A stretch of DNA of 64,000 bases from Selaginella moellendorffii. Taxonomy: Eukaryota; Plantae; Lycopodiophyta. Made by a program: the position numbers and the translations under genes. Of this stretch, positions 63,219-64,000 are shown piece by piece (the stretch's first letter is position 1; each line of letters begins with the position of its first letter). The notes below the pieces were generated by a model, which saw only the letters and a program-made list of their open reading frames with translations, was not told the origin of the DNA and did not search any database. The DNA lies in the NCBI RefSeq assembly GCF_000143415.4, contig NW_003314275.1, positions 687,955 to 751,954 of the forward strand. Direction: 5' to 3'.

Positions 63219-64000
63219 TATCCCAAAACCAATGTGTGTTCGTTCTAGAGTGTTCTCCAAGCCTGTCCTGGTTTCAGTCGTCACATCATTTTGGCCCACT
63301 CAGCAAGTGCATGATGCCCTCGTGTTTGATTAACGCAAAGATCCAAGCTCAGTGCAACAAGAGCTGGAACACAAATCAGTCTTCGTCAATTGCCTTTTTT
63401 CTTTGGTTTTAAGCATGAAAGATCAACCCTCTAGGAGGTGCCCAAGCGCTTGCCAACAGTTGAGCCAATGGAAGCATCTCATAGAGACACCCGAGTTTGC
63501 AGCCCTTCACCGACTTGAATTGTAGTCCTCCTCATGTCTTGGGTCTAGAAGCAGATGAGGACGTGCCTCTTTAGGCCCTTTGCAGGGGTTCATATAACAT
63601 GGTTTGTTAGTCCTAGTCTTCTGCCACGTGGCACGGGGGTTACTTAGGAGGAGCAATCTGTCCTTGATCTCTTATGATCTTTCGTCCGATCTCCATGTGA
63701 GTTTTTTTCTGAGTTTTTCTCTTATGAAAAGACCAACACCAATGTTTCCAGGCGCAAAATATCGCAGCGATAGAGAAGGAAAATGCAAGAGGACCAGAGT
63801 TTCGTGACTTTGAAAAGCTCCAACCCTCTTGGAGATCTGTTCTAACTCTGGGAGGAACATTCAAAGCAATAGTTCTCGACACCAAGATTGGACAGGCAGT
63901 CATGCTTGATGTGTGCAATATGTTTTTGGTGCCAAAGGTACCTTTGGTTTCATAGTGTCCAAGGTCTTGACTTTTGCAACAGGCCAAGGCTCACGAGTGG

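Noticed and set aside
62558-64000. Gene model at the right edge
   Set aside because: Only short ORFs with no recognisable domain, and truncated by the window end.

Overview
Eukaryotic (land-plant) genomic DNA, not prokaryotic. The very short GT-AG introns (46-71 bp), PLS-type PPR remnant, F-box paralogues and MOT-type transporter suggest a compact non-seed-plant genome such as Selaginella (inference). Gene-bearing ends flank a nest of LTR retroelements. Left end: an intact F-box gene, an unknown spliced gene spanning a 100-N gap, an inverted F-box pseudogene and an 8-exon URI1/prefoldin gene. Middle: four decayed Ty3/gypsy elements (A-D), three solo LTRs of one family, two TRIM families, one non-coding LARD-like element and a Copia remnant; most are bounded by readable TG...CA ends, PBS/PPT and target-site duplications (TSDs). 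The only long intact ORF is an intronless 1006-aa Crinkler-type NTPase + restriction-endonuclease-fold gene (19812-22832). Best-supported structural result: a clean 11.5-kb inversion (37532-49058). Flipping it back restores an in-frame reverse transcriptase, a solo LTR with its ATTTA TSD, and the 5' LTR of another gypsy element. Best candidates for undescribed biology: (i) arrays of a 22-bp palindrome at ~58-60 bp spacing at both ends of the TE block (7.25-8.6 kb and 61.2-62.4 kb); (ii) a conserved hairpin/G-tract module shared by three otherwise dissimilar LTR families; (iii) the Crinkler-like gene and its duplicated 3' end. All comparisons were made by eye; no database searches were run.
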